DNA of 64,000 nt, taken from the NCBI GenBank assembly GCA_963795085.1, contig CAWCFX010000001.1, positions 1,152,001-1,216,000 on the forward strand, in the 5' to 3' direction. The DNA comes from an uncultured Gemmatimonadales bacterium (GTDB lineage Bacteria; Gemmatimonadota; Gemmatimonadetes; Gemmatimonadales; GWC2-71-9). This document shows positions 60,328 through 64,000 of the stretch, one piece after another. Each line of letters opens with the position of its first letter. Positions within the stretch are counted from its first letter, which is position 1. The notes under the pieces are model-generated. The model worked only from the letters and a program-made list of their open reading frames with translations. It was not told the DNA's origin and searched no databases. The position numbers were made by a program, and so were the translations under genes.

Positions 60328-61188
60328 ATGGCGTGGTTCAAAAAAGAGCGAAAACCCCGCACGTCCCGACGCGAACGGCTGGAGATTCCGCCGGATGCGT
60401 GGGAGAAGTGTGAAAAATGCGGGCACGTGGACATCCGGGAGCGCTTCGAGAAGTCGCTCAACGTCTGTCCCGAGTGCGGCGACCACCGCCGCTTTTCCGC
60501 GGAAGAGTACATCGAGTTGATGACCGACGCCGACAGCTGGCGGGAGTTGTATGGGAACCTCCGGTCCACCGACCTGCTCCAGTTCGAACACTACCCCAGC
60601 CGGCTCGAGTCGGCCTACAAGAAAGCCGGCCATGCCGACGCGATCTACACCGGGTCGGGCCGGCTGGAAGGACTGCCGTACAACCTCGGCGTGATGAACT
60701 TCGCCTTCATGGGCGGGTCGATGGGTGCCGTGGTGGGCGAAAAGATCGCGCGGCTGGCGCGCCGTTCCGCCGAGAAGCGGCTTCCCCTGGTGCTGATCAG
60801 CACCTCCGGCGGGGCCCGGATGCAGGAGGGCGTCCTTTCACTCATGCAGATGGCCAAGACTTCGGCGATGATCGCCCAGTTGCAGCGGCTGTCCATTCCT
60901 TATATTTCCATCCTGACCGACCCGACGACCGGCGGCGTCTCCGCTTCCTTCGCCATGCAGGGCGACGCGATCCTCGCGGAGCCTGGCGCGGTGATCGGGT
61001 TCGCCGGCCAGCGGGTCATCAAGCAGACCATCGGGCAGGACCTGCCGGAGGGCTTCCAGACGGCCGAGTTCCTGCTCGACCATGGGCAGATCGACGACGT
61101 GGTCCCCCGGGCCTCGCTCCGGGAAACCACCGCGCGCCTGCTGCGGCACATGCAGGGGGCGAAGCCGGTCGAAGAACCGGGCGATTAG
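60328..61188 (+). CDS. accD: Acetyl-CoA carboxylase carboxyltransferase beta subunit
   Basis: Zn finger CEKC...CPEC, FMGGSMG, SGGARMQEG, PTTGGVSAS. Confidence 0.97.
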   Translation: MAWFKKERKPRTSRRERLEIPPDAWEKCEKCGHVDIRERFEKSLNVCPECGDHRRFSAEEYIELMTDADSWRELYGNLRSTDLLQFEHYPSRLESAYKKAGHADAIYTGSGRLEGLPYNLGVMNFAFMGGSMGAVVGEKIARLARRSAEKRLPLVLISTSGGARMQEGVLSLMQMAKTSAMIAQLQRLSIPYISILTDPTTGGVSASFAMQGDAILAEPGAVIGFAGQRVIKQTIGQDLPEGFQTAEFLLDHGQIDDVVPRASLRETTARLLRHMQGAKPVEEPGD

Positions 61189-61314
61189 TGCCTGGTGGTT
61201 GCTGACGGGTTGCGAACGGGGCGGGAGCCGGGCGACGGTGTCCCGCCTCGCTGCTTCGAGGCCCTATGGCCGGCGCGGCCGACGAATCGGCAATGACCAT
61301 TGTCTCACGGACCC

Positions 61315-62535
61315 ATGCTCTCCTACCCCGCCTCGCTCGACTTTCTTTTTCCCCGCACCACCACCATCAAGTTCGGCCTGGAGACCACGCGGGCACTGCT
61401 GGCGGATGTCGGGAATCCGCACGAGGTGTTTCCTTCGATTCACATCGGCGGCACCAACGGCAAGGGGAGCGTCGCGACGCTGGTGGCTACAGCGCTGGAG
61501 GAGGCGGGGTGGAAGGTGGGATTGTACACCTCACCCCACCTGGTGTCCTTCCGGGAACGGATCCGCGTCAACGGGACGCCGATCAGCGAAGCGGCGGTGG
61601 CCATGTGGACCGAGCGGCTGGAGTACCGCATCCGGGACCTGGGCGCGACCTTCTTCGAAGCCACCACCGCGATCGGGTTCGCCGATTTCGCGGCCCGAGG
61701 GGTGGACATCGCCGTCGTGGAAGTCGGCCTGGGCGGACGGCTGGACAGCACCAATGTGATCACCCCGCTGGTCAGCGCCATCACCCGGATCGCACGTGAC
61801 CACATGAAGTACCTGGGCGACTCGCTGGCAGACATTGCCCGGGAAAAGGCGGGGATCGCCAAACCCGGGGTTCCCCTGGTGGTGGGAGAGGCGGACCCCG
61901 CACTGGTGGCGCTGATTCGTCGGCAGGCGGAAATCCAGGCGGCGGGCGACCGGATCGTGGTCATCCCTCCGGGCCTCGAATGGACCGGCGCGCTGGGCCT
62001 CGCGGGGCCGCATCAGCGGCGGAACGCCGCGGTGGCGGAGGCCATCCTGCTCGCGCTCGAATCGCCGTACCGCCCGGCTCGGCCGGCGATCGAGCGAGGT
62101 TTCGCGCGGGCCCGGGTGCCGGGGCGCTTCGACCGGCGGGGACGCTGGGTGTTCGACGTGGCGCACAACCCCGATGGCATGGCGGCCCTGGCGCGGGCCG
62201 TGGAGGCGGAGGGGCTGCCAAGGCCGGTGCATGCCCTGGTCTCCATCCTGGGGGACAAGGAGTGGCCGGAGATGCTGGTCACCCTGGACCGGGTGATCGA
62301 CCGGGGCGTCCTGACGATGGCGCCCACGGCCCAGGAGCGGGGCTGGGACGCGGCCTGGCTGGCGGCATGGCTGGACCGGCCCGACCGGCCGCCGGCCCGG
62401 GCGGCGTGGGCGCTGGTGCCCGAGTTCCGGGCGGCACTGGCGTCGGTGCGGGAGGGCGCCGGGACCGTCCTGGTGACCGGGTCCTTCCATACAGTGGGGG
62501 ACGTCATGCAGGAACTGGGGGTGGAAACGGTTTAG
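61315..62535 (+). CDS. folC: Folylpolyglutamate/dihydrofolate synthase
   Basis: GTNGKGS, TSPHL, EVGLGGRLDSTN, DVAHNP. Confidence 0.96.
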   Translation: MLSYPASLDFLFPRTTTIKFGLETTRALLADVGNPHEVFPSIHIGGTNGKGSVATLVATALEEAGWKVGLYTSPHLVSFRERIRVNGTPISEAAVAMWTERLEYRIRDLGATFFEATTAIGFADFAARGVDIAVVEVGLGGRLDSTNVITPLVSAITRIARDHMKYLGDSLADIAREKAGIAKPGVPLVVGEADPALVALIRRQAEIQAAGDRIVVIPPGLEWTGALGLAGPHQRRNAAVAEAILLALESPYRPARPAIERGFARARVPGRFDRRGRWVFDVAHNPDGMAALARAVEAEGLPRPVHALVSILGDKEWPEMLVTLDRVIDRGVLTMAPTAQERGWDAAWLAAWLDRPDRPPARAAWALVPEFRAALASVREGAGTVLVTGSFHTVGDVMQELGVETV

Positions 62536-62615
62536 CCACGCTCCGGGCGAGCGGCGGGTGCCTGGTGGCCACTCCCGGGGTGGTCTGGGGCCTCGCTCCC
62601 GACTATTTTTGCGCC

Positions 62616-63917
62616 ATGTCAACCCAGGCCCTCCCGGGCTTTCGTGATTTCTACCCCGATGATTTCGCCCTGCGTGCCTACATCTTTGAGACCTGGCGGG
62701 CGGTAGCGGGCCGCTACGGGTTCGAGGAGTACGAGGGCCCGCCGCTGGAGCCGCTGGAGCTGTATACCGCCAAGAGCGGAAACGAGATCGTTGGCCAGCT
62801 GTACAACTTCGTGGACAAGGGTGAACGAAAGGTTGCTCTCCGGCCGGAGATGACCCCCACGCTCGCCCGGATGGTGGCGGCGCGCGCCAACGGCCTCAAG
62901 AAGCCGATCCGCTGGTTCTCCATTCCCCAGCTCTTCCGCTATGAGCGCCAGCAGCGCGGGCGCCTGCGCGAGCATTTCCAGCTCAACTGCGATCTGATCG
63001 GCGAGACGAGCCCGCTGGCGGACGCCGAGATCATCGCGCTGGCGGTGGACGTGGTTCGCGCGTTTGGGTTGACCGAGAAGGACGTGCGGGTCCGGCTGTC
63101 CGATCGCCGGCTGCTGAGCGCGATCCTGGGCCACCTGGGCTTTGCGGACGACCAGGTACCCCTCGCCTTTGAGGCTCTCGACAAGCTGGACCGGAGCGAG
63201 TACGCCCCCCGCCGGCAGCGAATGGTGGACGCCGGCGTGTCGGACGCGGCGATCGCGGCGCTGGAGTCGCTCCGCGAGGTAGCCGGATGGGATGCGCTGG
63301 CCTCCAGGTTCCCGGCGGTGGCGGAACGGGCGGAACTCCGGCAGGTCATCGCCGCGCTCGAGGCGATGGGGCTGGGGGGGTTCCTTGATCTGGACCTCAC
63401 CATCGTCCGGGGCCTGGCCTACTACACCGGCACCGTATTCGAGCTGTTCGACACCGGGAAGACCCTGCGCGCCATCTGCGGCGGCGGGCGGTATGATCAC
63501 CTGGCCGGGGCGATCGGCGGGGTGGACCTGCCGGCGGTGGGGTTTGGTTTCGGCGATGTGGTGCTGGGCGAACTGCTCAAGGAGCGAAAGCTGGTCCCCG
63601 AGGCCCGGGCCACCATCGACGTGTTCATCGCCGCCATCCAGAGCGACGATGTGCCGCCCGCGCTCGAACTGGCCCATCAACTGCGCGACGCCGGTTACCG
63701 GGTGGAATACACCCTCTCCGGCCAGGCCGTCGGCAAGCAGATGAAGCTGGCCGATGCCCGCCACGCCCGGCTGGCCATCGTGATCGGCCCCGACGACCGT
63801 GCCCGGGGCGAGGTTATGCTCAAGGACCTCGCCGCCAAGACCCAGCGGGGCGTTCCCCGGGGCGAGGTCCTGTCGGCCGTCGCGGCGTTCGGCGGAACCG
63901 GGGGAAACCGGGACTAG
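62616..63917 (+). CDS. hisS: Histidine--tRNA ligase
   Basis: PGFRDF, LRPEMT, FRYERQQRGRLREHFQ, RGLAYYTG, GGGRYD. Confidence 0.97.
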   Translation: MSTQALPGFRDFYPDDFALRAYIFETWRAVAGRYGFEEYEGPPLEPLELYTAKSGNEIVGQLYNFVDKGERKVALRPEMTPTLARMVAARANGLKKPIRWFSIPQLFRYERQQRGRLREHFQLNCDLIGETSPLADAEIIALAVDVVRAFGLTEKDVRVRLSDRRLLSAILGHLGFADDQVPLAFEALDKLDRSEYAPRRQRMVDAGVSDAAIAALESLREVAGWDALASRFPAVAERAELRQVIAALEAMGLGGFLDLDLTIVRGLAYYTGTVFELFDTGKTLRAICGGGRYDHLAGAIGGVDLPAVGFGFGDVVLGELLKERKLVPEARATIDVFIAAIQSDDVPPALELAHQLRDAGYRVEYTLSGQAVGKQMKLADARHARLAIVIGPDDRARGEVMLKDLAAKTQRGVPRGEVLSAVAAFGGTGGNRD

Positions 63918-63921
63918 CCCG

Positions 63922-63952
63922 CCTGTTACACTTGTCACTTGTCACTCCTCAC
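63922..63952 (+). repeat. Pyrimidine-rich 7-mer repeat (CTTGTCA), half element
   Basis: CCTGTTA-ca-CTTGTCA-CTTGTCA-CTCCTCA. Confidence 0.55.
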
Positions 63953-63960
63953 CGGACTCC

Positions 63961-64000
63961 ATGGCTGATACCAAAGCGCTGACCACCCGGGCTGCCGATT
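63961..64000 (+). CDS. proS: 5' end of a probable proline--tRNA ligase (truncated by window)
   Basis: MADTKALTTRAAD resembles the N-terminus of archaeal/eukaryotic-type ProRS; only 13 codons visible. Confidence 0.5.
   Translation, partial: MADTKALTTRAAD

Noticed and set aside
132..63938. Many long antisense or alternate-frame ORFs (e.g. 2969-4813, 11936-13864, 29077-30813, 51552-54020)
   Set aside because: Shadow ORFs of high-GC codon usage opposite well-identified genes, with no recognisable motifs.

Overview
GC-rich bacterial chromosome segment, probably Gemmatimonadota (inferred from gene order and protein style, not from a search). It is mostly conserved housekeeping operons on the + strand: infC-rpmI-rplT-pheST-zapBA-rny-folD-xseAB-ispA-dxs-nadK-recN; galK and tRNA-Leu(UAA); aroA-cmk-rpsA; an acyl-CoA carboxylase cluster interrupted by an RNA m5U methyltransferase; rplM-rpsI-rpsB-tsf-pyrH-frr-uppS-cdsA-dxr-rseP; rpsO-pnp-M16 peptidase-ald-dut; and mreBCD-mrdA-rodA-accD-folC-hisS-proS (partial). 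Small accessory blocks lie at about 16.4-19.4 kb and 20.7-25.8 kb. The most unusual signal is intergenic: a dispersed set of imperfect hairpins built from 7- or 9-nt tandem repeats sits at junctions between housekeeping genes. In each, the G-rich arm is 5' and the C/T-rich arm is 3' on the host coding strand, and the hairpin often starts at or overlaps the upstream stop codon. One copy encloses a frameshifted GxxExxY (PD-(D/E)xK-like) nuclease gene and a sequence-related copy between pheS and pheT is empty. This suggests a poorly characterised loaded/empty insertion system, possibly acting at the RNA level. Also notable: a CTG start for infC behind an L20-leader-like attenuator, and an arginine-rich DRR-repeat insertion in PheS. 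No CRISPR array, rRNA, integrase or canonical transposase is visible.
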